Positions 20,861 through 28,405 of a stretch of 64,000 bases of DNA are shown piece after piece. Position numbers and translations under genes: made by a program. The DNA is from Candidatus Bathyarchaeia archaeon (GTDB lineage: Bacteria; Patescibacteriota; Microgenomatia; PFEM01; JAFGMK01): contig DATKWK010000023.1 of the NCBI GenBank assembly GCA_035529595.1, forward strand, positions 206,961-270,960, written 5' to 3'. Under the pieces are notes generated by a model, which saw only the letters and a list, made by a program, of their open reading frames with translations, made no database searches and was not told where the DNA came from. Every line of letters starts with the position of its first letter. Positions within the stretch are counted from its first letter, which is position 1.

Positions 20861-21019
20861 AAAAAAACCTCCCGTTTGGGAGGTGATTTTCCCTTAAAAA
20901 ATGCAAAACCAACCTCCTTTAGGCAGTGTTAGCTAAAAACCTTTTTTCTACATACTGCTAGAGTTATGGTTGGAGCTTGCATTGGCAGGATTATAAAAAG
21001 ACTTTTTTTCCTTGTCAAG
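20861..21019 (-). promoter_or_regulatory. pheST promoter plus attenuator-like leader
   Basis: On the - strand: TTGACA (21018-21013), 17-nt spacer, TATAAT (20995-20990); then a leader with GGAGGUUGG followed by the hairpin CCUCCC-AAAC-GGGAGG plus U7 (20883-20861), all upstream of the pheS ATG at 20797. Confidence 0.5.
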
Positions 21020-21052
21020 GGGGAATTAAGTAGCATATTCCGATACAAGCAA

Positions 21053-21412
21053 TCAGGCTAATGGCGATTGGTTTTTTACCTGATTGATAATCGAATTAAA
21101 GGTCTTGGAGTCAGTCATTGCCAATTCGGCCAGAATCTTTCGATTTAGTTCAATATTTGACTTCTTAAGGCAGGCGATCAGTTGGGAGTAATTTAGGTCA
21201 TAGTTTTTTAAGGCCGCATTAATTCTGGTTATCCAAAGCCGCCGGATATTTCTTTTTCTGCGCTTTCGACCGACAAAAGCATATTGACCGGCATGCAGAT
21301 CTGCCTCTTTTGATACCTTATAAAGCCGGCCTTTAGTCATCCTAAAGCCTTTAGTTCTGTTAAGTACTTTGTGATGCCTTTTTCTCTTAGTTATCCCAGA
21401 TTTGATACGCAC
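21053..21412 (-). CDS. rplT: 50S ribosomal protein L20
   Basis: RKRRKRNIRRLWITRINAA... is canonical L20. Confidence 0.9.
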   Translation of the reverse strand: MRIKSGITKRKRHHKVLNRTKGFRMTKGRLYKVSKEADLHAGQYAFVGRKRRKRNIRRLWITRINAALKNYDLNYSQLIACLKKSNIELNRKILAELAMTDSKTFNSIINQVKNQSPLA

Positions 21413-21448
21413 TTTTCAGTCCTCGTCGATCATCCTGTAAATAAAATT

Positions 21449-21661
21449 TTATTTCCCTAGAGCTTTTTTGACGCCTCTTTTCAAACGTCCTTTAATCTCC
21501 TTGTCTTTTTTCTGCAAACGTAATTGCCCTTTAGTTTTTTTACGACACAGGTGTCGGACATGAGAGCCTCGCCGGAGAACTTTTCCGGTCTTGGTAATCT
21601 TAAACCTTCTCGATATCGATTTTTTAGTTTTGAATTTCTTTTTTTTGTTGGTCTTTTTCAT
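21449..21661 (-). CDS. rpmI: 50S ribosomal protein L35
   Basis: KTKKSISRRFKITKTGKVLRRG aligns with the L35 core. The start is placed at the internal Met (MKKTNKKKKF) rather than the ORF-track start; this gives a 38-nt overlap with infC. Confidence 0.6.
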   Translation of the reverse strand: MKKTNKKKKFKTKKSISRRFKITKTGKVLRRGSHVRHLCRKKTKGQLRLQKKDKEIKGRLKRGVKKALGK

Positions 21662-22172
21662 TTGGATAGATAATAAAAACCAATTGACGGCCGACAATCT
21701 TAGGTTCCTGCCCGATTTGACTGTTATCGGCCAGTGATTCAATCACCGTCTTTGCCAAACGGTAACCAAATTCTTTCTTAGCAATTTCCCGGCCCCGAAA
21801 GACAATAGTTATTTTAACTTGATCCTTTTCCTTTAAAAACTTACGGATTTTCTCAATCCGATTTTTCAAGTCGTTTTCGGCAATAAACGGACTCAGTCTT
21901 ACCTCTTTAATATTGCTTTTCTTGCCTTTTTTACCAGTATTTTTCTTAGCTTCCAGATAGCGAAATTTTTTAAAATCAATAATTTTGCAGACCGGTGGTT
22001 CCGCGTTAGGTGCGATTTCTACCAGGTCAAGCCCTTCTTTTTGCGATTCAAGTAAGGCCTGATCGCGACTTAGAATACCGATTTGTTTGCCTGTTTCGTC
22101 AACTACACGCAGTTTGCTGGCCTGAATATATTGATTAATCCGATAAAACTTTTTTTGGTGATACTTTCCCAA
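21624..22172 (-). CDS. infC: Translation initiation factor IF-3
   Basis: RINQYI...VRLV-like N-domain and LDLVEIAPNAEPPVCKIIDFKKF C-domain. Exact start codon uncertain. Confidence 0.85.
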   Translation of the reverse strand: MGKYHQKKFYRINQYIQASKLRVVDETGKQIGILSRDQALLESQKEGLDLVEIAPNAEPPVCKIIDFKKFRYLEAKKNTGKKGKKSNIKEVRLSPFIAENDLKNRIEKIRKFLKEKDQVKITIVFRGREIAKKEFGYRLAKTVIESLADNSQIGQEPKIVGRQLVFIIYPNEKDQQKKEIQN

Positions 22173-22226
22173 TATTAAAAAAACCGAATATTAAATTAGA
22201 AACTAGTTATTATTATCTTATCAAAC

Positions 22227-23993
22227 TTACCTTTTTTTATCAATATCAGTTTGAATTAACTCAATTGCTTTTTTAACTGAAATCAGGCCAAGATTCTTTT
22301 CTCCTCTGGCCCGGGCATTGACGCCTTTGGCTTTAATCTCTTTGTCGCCAACGACCAACATATAGGGAATCTTTTTAAGCTCTGCATCCCGGATTTTAGC
22401 CGAGGTAGTTTGATTATGGTTGTCAACTTCAACCCTAATTTTTCCTTTCTTTAGAGATTCTTCAACCTCACGGGCATAGTTAAGATGGTTATCAGTGATA
22501 GGAATGATGATTGCTTGGGTTGGCGTCAGCCATACCGGAAAAGCGCCGCCGCAGTGTTCGATAAAGACACCGATGAATCGCTCAAGTGATCCAAGCAAGG
22601 CTCGGTGGATCATAAAAGGTACTTTTTTCTTTCCGTCTTTATCAATATAACTCATCTTAAATCTTGACGGTAAATTAAAATCAACTTGAATTGTCGATAA
22701 TTGCCATTTTCTTTCCAGGGCATCGGTTACTTTAACATCAATTTTAGGTCCATAAAAAACTGCTCCGCCAATATCAAGTACAAAATCTTGATAACCGGTA
22801 TCGATAAGCGCCCTTTTAAGATAAGTCTCTGCCGTTTGCCAACCTTGATCGTCGCCGATAAATTTTTCTTTGTCTTCAGGGTCGCGAAGACTGAGATTCA
22901 TTTCAAATTTCTTAAAGCCAAAAGAGTTTAAAATGTAAGTCGTTAACTTTAGGGCTTCCGTTAATTCTCGGTGCAACTGCTCAGCGGTGCAAATAATGTG
23001 GGCATCATCTTGGGTGAAGCCTCTGACTCTTGTTAGCCCGTGAAGGACTCCTGATTTTTCGTATCGGTAAACGGTTCCCATTTCCGCCAAGCGCAAGGGC
23101 AAATCCCGGTAACTTCTCATGGAGCTGTTATAAATCTTGACATGGAAAGGACAATTCATCGGCTTTAAACGATACATTTGGTCTTCAATTCCAAAAGGGG
23201 AATACATGTTTTCCGAATAAAACTTCAAGTGTCCTGAATGCGACCATAAGATTTCCCGAGCGATATGAGGAGTGCTGACCGGCTGGTAGCCTCTGTCTAG
23301 GTAAGTATTAAAGGCAAATTCCATAATCTTGTGTCTTAAAAAAGCCCCTTTTGGTTTCCAGAGTGGTAAGCCGTGGCCAACCTCTTCATCAAACATAAAA
23401 AGATCCAGTTCTTCACCCAAGTGCCGATGGTCTCTTTTCAGTGCCTCTTGCCGATGAATCAGATATGTTTCCAAAGCCGATTTAGTCGGAAAACAGGTGC
23501 CGTAGATGCGGGTAAGCATTTTGTTTTTCTCGTCTCCTCGCCAATAAGCACCGGCCAAGGTAAGCATCTTAAAGGGTCCAATTTGGCTGGTACTTCTTAC
23601 ATGTGGTCCGCTGCAGAGGTCAATAAAATCTCCCAAGGTATAAAACGTAACCGTTTTTTGGCCCTCTTTTTGTAAATCTTTTATCAACTCGACTTTATAG
23701 GTTTGTCCCAGTTCAGCCGCAATTTCCAACGCTTTTTTAATGGAAACATCTTTTTTATCAAATGAAATATTTTTCTTCTGCAACTTTCGCATTAGGGCTT
23801 CAATCTTGAGAAGATCTTTTTCCGAAATCTCGATCGGAATATCAACGTCATAATAAAAGCCATCTTCAATCGCCGGACCAATTGCAAAACGTGTTTTCGA
23901 ATAAAGCAGACTGATGGCATAGGCCATCAGATGGGCACAACTATGGCGCATTGTTTCTAATTTAACCGGCACCTCTTTTGTTTTTTTTGCCAT
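22227..23993 (-). CDS. thrS: Threonine--tRNA ligase
   Basis: Editing-domain HxxxH/CxxxH region (RHSCAHLMA), class II catalytic core and a C-terminal anticodon-binding domain. Confidence 0.9.
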   Translation of the reverse strand: MAKKTKEVPVKLETMRHSCAHLMAYAISLLYSKTRFAIGPAIEDGFYYDVDIPIEISEKDLLKIEALMRKLQKKNISFDKKDVSIKKALEIAAELGQTYKVELIKDLQKEGQKTVTFYTLGDFIDLCSGPHVRSTSQIGPFKMLTLAGAYWRGDEKNKMLTRIYGTCFPTKSALETYLIHRQEALKRDHRHLGEELDLFMFDEEVGHGLPLWKPKGAFLRHKIMEFAFNTYLDRGYQPVSTPHIAREILWSHSGHLKFYSENMYSPFGIEDQMYRLKPMNCPFHVKIYNSSMRSYRDLPLRLAEMGTVYRYEKSGVLHGLTRVRGFTQDDAHIICTAEQLHRELTEALKLTTYILNSFGFKKFEMNLSLRDPEDKEKFIGDDQGWQTAETYLKRALIDTGYQDFVLDIGGAVFYGPKIDVKVTDALERKWQLSTIQVDFNLPSRFKMSYIDKDGKKKVPFMIHRALLGSLERFIGVFIEHCGGAFPVWLTPTQAIIIPITDNHLNYAREVEESLKKGKIRVEVDNHNQTTSAKIRDAELKKIPYMLVVGDKEIKAKGVNARARGEKNLGLISVKKAIELIQTDIDKKR

Positions 23994-24011
23994 TTTTTAC
24001 TATTTGCTAAA

Positions 24012-24275
24012 TTATTTTATAGATTGGAGAGCGTTTTCGGTGGCTTTAACCAGATCAGCCAGGATCTCTCCGACAAAAGGTAAACCGCCAAAGGCCGAAA
24101 TCAGCCGGCTTAAATAGGACAGAACCAAAGCAAAAATAAGTGTTAACCCCAAAGCCTGGCCTAAACCATAGGCCATTCCCAGGAAAAAATATTCCATTGC
24201 TCTTCGTGTTAAACTTTTTTCAGAATAATTGCGCTTGGATAATTTTCCTTGCGTCTTTTCAGGCATGATCTCCAC
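24012..24275 (-). CDS. Small hypothetical membrane protein
   Basis: 87 aa with two hydrophobic helices. Confidence 0.35.
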   Translation of the reverse strand: MEIMPEKTQGKLSKRNYSEKSLTRRAMEYFFLGMAYGLGQALGLTLIFALVLSYLSRLISAFGGLPFVGEILADLVKATENALQSIK

Positions 24276-24393
24276 TGGCTGAATTTTACCCTGATGATAC
24301 CTTAAAACAAAAAAACCTGCAACTATTGCAGGAGTCCCGAAAGTTGGTGACGTTTACGGCCTACTTCCCTGCTCCTAATTAATCCTTTTCTAG

Positions 24394-24467
24394 TGGGCTC
24401 GACAGGACTCGAACCTGTGACCTTTTCGATGTCAACGAAACGCTCTAGCCAACTGAGCTACGAGCCC
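24394..24467 (-). tRNA. tRNA-Val(GAC)
   Basis: 74-nt cloverleaf GGGCTCG.../...CGAGCCC, anticodon loop TTGACAT, T-loop GGTTCGAGTCC; CCA not encoded. Confidence 0.85.
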
Positions 24468-24487
24468 ATAACAATTCATATGAGAAA

Positions 24488-24787
24488 TTAAGTATATTTT
24501 TGATCTTCCAGAAGTTTAATCTTTCTTTGGCAGATTCCGATTCTTCGGTCGTGGTCAACGCTCTTTTCAAGGGAAATATCCAATTTTCGTTCGACCCGAA
24601 TCATATCCTCTTTCAGTCCGGAAACATCCTCTTTCAGTCCGGAAACATCCTCTTTGAGATCAAAAATTGGTTCTAAAACTTTTTCCTCTAAAAATTTACT
24701 GATTTCACCGGTATACTTTCTCAATTGCTGGATCAAATAAGTTTTTGTAATCGGTTGATCATTGTTTACCTTTTTCTTCATAGTCAC
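24488..24787 (-). CDS. Small coiled-coil protein with an internal heptapeptide tandem repeat (LKEDVSG x ~2.5)
   Basis: Clean 99-aa ORF. The repeat is encoded by a 21-bp tandem DNA repeat. Confidence 0.45.
   Translation of the reverse strand: MTMKKKVNNDQPITKTYLIQQLRKYTGEISKFLEEKVLEPIFDLKEDVSGLKEDVSGLKEDMIRVERKLDISLEKSVDHDRRIGICQRKIKLLEDQKYT
24600..24660 (-). repeat. 21-bp tandem repeat (~2.5 copies) inside the CDS
   Basis: atcctctttcagtccggaaac repeated head-to-tail at 24605-24625 and 24626-24646, with a partial third copy. Confidence 0.7.
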
Positions 24788-24852
24788 ACTTTAACACCTA
24801 GCCTTTACTCTGTCAATTGAAGCAGGAATTTCTATTTCGGTCAGGATTATTG

Positions 24853-26154
24853 CTATTTTATTCTCACATCGGTAAGCACGGCATCTGAAGCACCTCTCAC
24901 TTTCCAATGAGGTCTGAAGTTAGCTGTTATGCCAATAAAGCATATTTTTCCCGTCTGTGGGTTCCTTGAATAAATAGGCATGAATCTAGCATGCATATTT
25001 TCCTCTACTAGACTCTCTTGTTCTTGGTCAAAATAACGAACCGGGAATTTTGGGGAATAATACGGTTGAATAATCCAGGGCTGGCCGCTTAAGGCTAAAT
25101 CATCATAACATCTATGAATGGTTGTCCACCGACTATTCGAAAAAGGATCCAATCTCCATACCTGTCTTGAGCCGAAGCTTAATTTCATCAGCGAACCGGC
25201 ATATTTATAAACAATTTCATCATCAGCCCACCGAGGTAAATCTAGTAAATGATCTAAAATATGTGTCGGTGCAAAAAGAGCTCGATCATGGTCATTGAAT
25301 AAAGTTTTTAGTTTTGGGTGAAAAGGAAATGCCATTGCCAACTTCTGATCAAAGATCACATTTAATGGCGGTTCAATTGCCACTTCTCCCCGCAGATTTC
25401 TTTCTATCAGTTTTCTGCCAGTCGGAGATTCAGCAAGCATAGGCAGATTTAGTTCTCTTCGGTAAATAAAATCAGCATCTCGTATTTCCTCCTCCCAATC
25501 ATTTATTAGAACCACCTCACAATTTAAACCCTGTCTTTGTTTTAGCAATGAGGCGAAGTAAGCTGATTCGCCAAGGTAATTTGTTGGGCAGAGAAGAACT
25601 ACTCGATGCGGTTCTCTACCTAATTTTGCTCTTACAGCCATGGCAAAACCTGAATCCAGTGCAATGTCAACCACATTTTTTCCTAATGAAGGTTCGGGGT
25701 TAACTGCTTGCATAACTTCTGATATGGCACTCATATAACCCCATCCGCCGATTCTGAATTGGACTTCGACAGCCGACCAAAAGTCAGTCAGATCGGCTCT
25801 GGCAAAAAGCGGCAGTTCGCCTCTTTGTGCAAGCATTCTCTGGTATTTGATTGCTTGAGGAGAAAGATTGCTTTCAAAAAGAGAGGCTATCCAATGATAA
25901 CGATAATTGGTAGTTCCTGCCAGATAAAGCTGGTTTGTCATTTCTAGCCAATGGTAAATCCATACTCCTTGAGATAAGACTGAAGCTGCTTCCTGGTTAC
26001 AGACATTAAAACTGTCCGGTGTAACCAGCATAGAATACGATTGTTGGTCACCGTACCCCAATCTTCGTTGGTCAAGTGCAGATTTTATTTGGCAGACTCT
26101 TTCCAAATCGAGATTTTCGCTATGAATTGTTGCAGGTGGTTTTTCAACCGACAC
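24853..26154 (-). CDS. Glutathionylspermidine-synthetase-family (YgiC/YjfC-like) ATP-grasp amidoligase
   Basis: Motif spacing matches the E. coli YgiC pattern as recalled from memory: FPFHPKLKTL vs FPNHPNLLPA, and WIIQPYYSPKFP vs MIVQQFHPLPKF. It overlaps the upstream gene by 11 nt, so the two are co-transcribed. Confidence 0.5.
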   Translation of the reverse strand: MSVEKPPATIHSENLDLERVCQIKSALDQRRLGYGDQQSYSMLVTPDSFNVCNQEAASVLSQGVWIYHWLEMTNQLYLAGTTNYRYHWIASLFESNLSPQAIKYQRMLAQRGELPLFARADLTDFWSAVEVQFRIGGWGYMSAISEVMQAVNPEPSLGKNVVDIALDSGFAMAVRAKLGREPHRVVLLCPTNYLGESAYFASLLKQRQGLNCEVVLINDWEEEIRDADFIYRRELNLPMLAESPTGRKLIERNLRGEVAIEPPLNVIFDQKLAMAFPFHPKLKTLFNDHDRALFAPTHILDHLLDLPRWADDEIVYKYAGSLMKLSFGSRQVWRLDPFSNSRWTTIHRCYDDLALSGQPWIIQPYYSPKFPVRYFDQEQESLVEENMHARFMPIYSRNPQTGKICFIGITANFRPHWKVRGASDAVLTDVRIK

Positions 26155-27100
26155 CTTTTTTTTCCTTTCCAGCTGTTTGCCCCAGAGCTAAAATTTTGTC
26201 ACCAGTTTTGACAATATTTGGCTCTGAAATCATAATTATTTGCCCTGCTATCGGAGTTTTTACTTTTTCCGAATCTAGAGTTTCCAATGACACGATTTTT
26301 CCAAAAGGGATATTTACTTGAATGTTTTCACCCGTTTTTTTAAGAGGGATAAATAAACCAGAGATCGGAGAGGTTACTATCTTGCGATTAATGATCGGGA
26401 CTTTGTTTACAGTTCGGTAAAACTTATCAGTAATTGTGTTTCTGACAACAACCGATATGCCTCTTAAAATCTTTTTAATTTGATCTGAACTAATTTTATC
26501 AATAAGAGGGAGTTCTAATGCAAAAGCGATATTGTTTCTAATTAGAAGTAATTCTATCAAAGACCCTTTTTTATCGATGTCCTCTCCCTGGGTATCTAAT
26601 TTCCAAATAAAATCGGGATTAAAAAGATATAGAAACTTTTGAGTTTTAGTCATTAATTTATCCTTCTTGTCAATTGGAACGAGAATTCCGGTAATCAGGA
26701 GGTCCATTTTAGGAAATGTATGAAAATCTATTAATAGATTACTATCCTTAACTGCCTGAAAAAGATAATATGCAATTCGCTCAGAAAGGGTTCCTTTTTT
26801 GTTTCCAGGAAAAAGTCGATTAAGATCCTTGTTATCGGTTGGTAACTCACGGGAATTATTTATGAGACAGAGCGGATTAGCAAAAGGTATAATTTTGATG
26901 GTTCCGTTTATTTGCGGCCAATTCTTGATCTTTTGAAACAATCTTTCTAAGATTAACGTGCCTGTATCTTCGTTTCCGTGAAGGCCGGAGATTAATGAAA
27001 TAACTGGTTTTCCTTGGCCAATTTTAATAATTGGAATTTGGATATCGATTGGTCCCACACTGCCGATTTTGATCCTTGAAGTTTTAATTTGCTGATTCAT
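26144..27100 (-). CDS. Succinylglutamate desuccinylase/aspartoacylase (AstE/AspA) family Zn-dependent deacylase
   Basis: The GLHGNE metal/catalytic motif near the N-terminus is characteristic of the family; about 318 aa. Confidence 0.6.
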   Translation of the reverse strand: MNQQIKTSRIKIGSVGPIDIQIPIIKIGQGKPVISLISGLHGNEDTGTLILERLFQKIKNWPQINGTIKIIPFANPLCLINNSRELPTDNKDLNRLFPGNKKGTLSERIAYYLFQAVKDSNLLIDFHTFPKMDLLITGILVPIDKKDKLMTKTQKFLYLFNPDFIWKLDTQGEDIDKKGSLIELLLIRNNIAFALELPLIDKISSDQIKKILRGISVVVRNTITDKFYRTVNKVPIINRKIVTSPISGLFIPLKKTGENIQVNIPFGKIVSLETLDSEKVKTPIAGQIIMISEPNIVKTGDKILALGQTAGKEKKGVG

Positions 27101-27106
27101 AGAACT

Positions 27107-27275
27107 AAAAAACCTCCCGTTTGGGAGGTTGTCTTTATGCTTAAATTACTAATAATTATTTTTTAACGCAAATACCAACCTCCCCTTTCTCGAGGTTAAA
27201 AAAGAAAAAACTAAAGATTTGGTTGATATTTCGTAACATTAAAGCAACATTGTAACAGATTTTTTCAGTTTGTCA
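27107..27275 (-). promoter_or_regulatory. Promoter plus attenuator-like leader upstream of the deacylase/amidoligase operon
   Basis: On the - strand: TTGACA (27275-27270), 16-nt spacer, TACAAT (27253-27248); then a leader containing GGGGAGGUUGG and the hairpin CCUCCC-AAAC-GGGAGG plus U6 ending 8 nt before the ATG at 27100. Confidence 0.5.
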
Positions 27276-27313
27276 AATTTTTTGTATAGGTCAAGCAAGC
27301 TTTTCTCGCATAC

Positions 27314-28396
27314 TTAAGATGAAATAATAAATTTTTTAAGAATTCGATAGTAGGTTTCTAGACTTTTAATATTTACCCATTCATTATTAATATGCCCTTT
27401 GCTTTGAACTGGAGCGAACATAATGACTGGGATTCCTTTCGCCGAGAAAAAACGACCATCAGAAGCAGGATAATCTTTTATAATTCTTAGGGGAATATTT
27501 TTTTGCTTGGCAAGCTTTAGTATTTTTTTAATATATTCGTTATCCGGCGATATATCCATGGGATCGCCTTCAATTAAGATTTGAAAGCCAGATTTTTTTT
27601 GTTTTTCTACACTATTGCTTACAATTTTAATTATTTTTTCTCTCATCTCAGTCTCAGGGTAGCGAAAATCAAGATACATTTCTGCCTGTGCTGGAACAAC
27701 ATTAGTTGCACTCCCGCCGCTGATTTTTCCCAAATTAACGGTTGGTTGCCAGCGATCAAACTTGCTTGTTTCCGGTATACGTTTTCTTATTGCCTGAGAA
27801 ATTTCAAGTAATTTCTCAATTGCGTTTACACCTGTCCAAGGCCGACTGGCATGGGCGGATTTTCCTCTTGCAGTGATTTTGATATGAATGATTCCTTTTT
27901 CTTTCAAAACCAGGCGGAAATTTTCTCCCCCATCAGGAATAATTGCGCAATCGCAAGTAAAATTTTCCTTATTAAGTAAATAATTGACCCCATCAAAACC
28001 GCCAACTTCTTCATCTGAAGTAAGCATAAGAGCAAAGTCAATATCTTTTAACTGCATGTCTTGAGCTAATTGGATCATGACGGAAACTGTTCCTTTCATA
28101 TCGGCTGCACCCCTTCCGTAAAGACGATTCTCTTTTATGATTGGGCGAAAGGCATTAGGATAATCTGCAGGGACTACATCTAGATGGCCGTTTAAGATAT
28201 AGCGATAATGCTTTTTAAGCTTTCGAGCTACTATCAAAGATATTTTATTGTTTGAAAAACAAGTTTTGAATCTCAAGCCGTTTTTTTTCAGATAATTCTT
28301 GAGAAACTCAAAACATCTTTGAATTTCATGAGGATGATCTTTGTCAGATTGAAATCTGATTAATTTTGACAGTAGCGGCTGAATTGATTTATTCAT
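27314..28396 (-). CDS. M20-family metallopeptidase (ArgE/DapE/CPG2-like amidohydrolase)
   Basis: NGHLDVVP and GRGAADMKG metal-binding motifs and a dimerisation-domain region. Confidence 0.75.
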   Translation of the reverse strand: MNKSIQPLLSKLIRFQSDKDHPHEIQRCFEFLKNYLKKNGLRFKTCFSNNKISLIVARKLKKHYRYILNGHLDVVPADYPNAFRPIIKENRLYGRGAADMKGTVSVMIQLAQDMQLKDIDFALMLTSDEEVGGFDGVNYLLNKENFTCDCAIIPDGGENFRLVLKEKGIIHIKITARGKSAHASRPWTGVNAIEKLLEISQAIRKRIPETSKFDRWQPTVNLGKISGGSATNVVPAQAEMYLDFRYPETEMREKIIKIVSNSVEKQKKSGFQILIEGDPMDISPDNEYIKKILKLAKQKNIPLRIIKDYPASDGRFFSAKGIPVIMFAPVQSKGHINNEWVNIKSLETYYRILKKFIISS

Positions 28397-28405
28397 TTAT
28401 TCAAT

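Noticed and set aside
20861-21019. T-box riboswitch or Phe-rich leader-peptide attenuator for pheST
   Set aside because: No AGGGUGGNACCGCG T-box sequence and no short ORF with tandem Phe codons ahead of the terminator. The only Phe codons fall in the terminator U-run.
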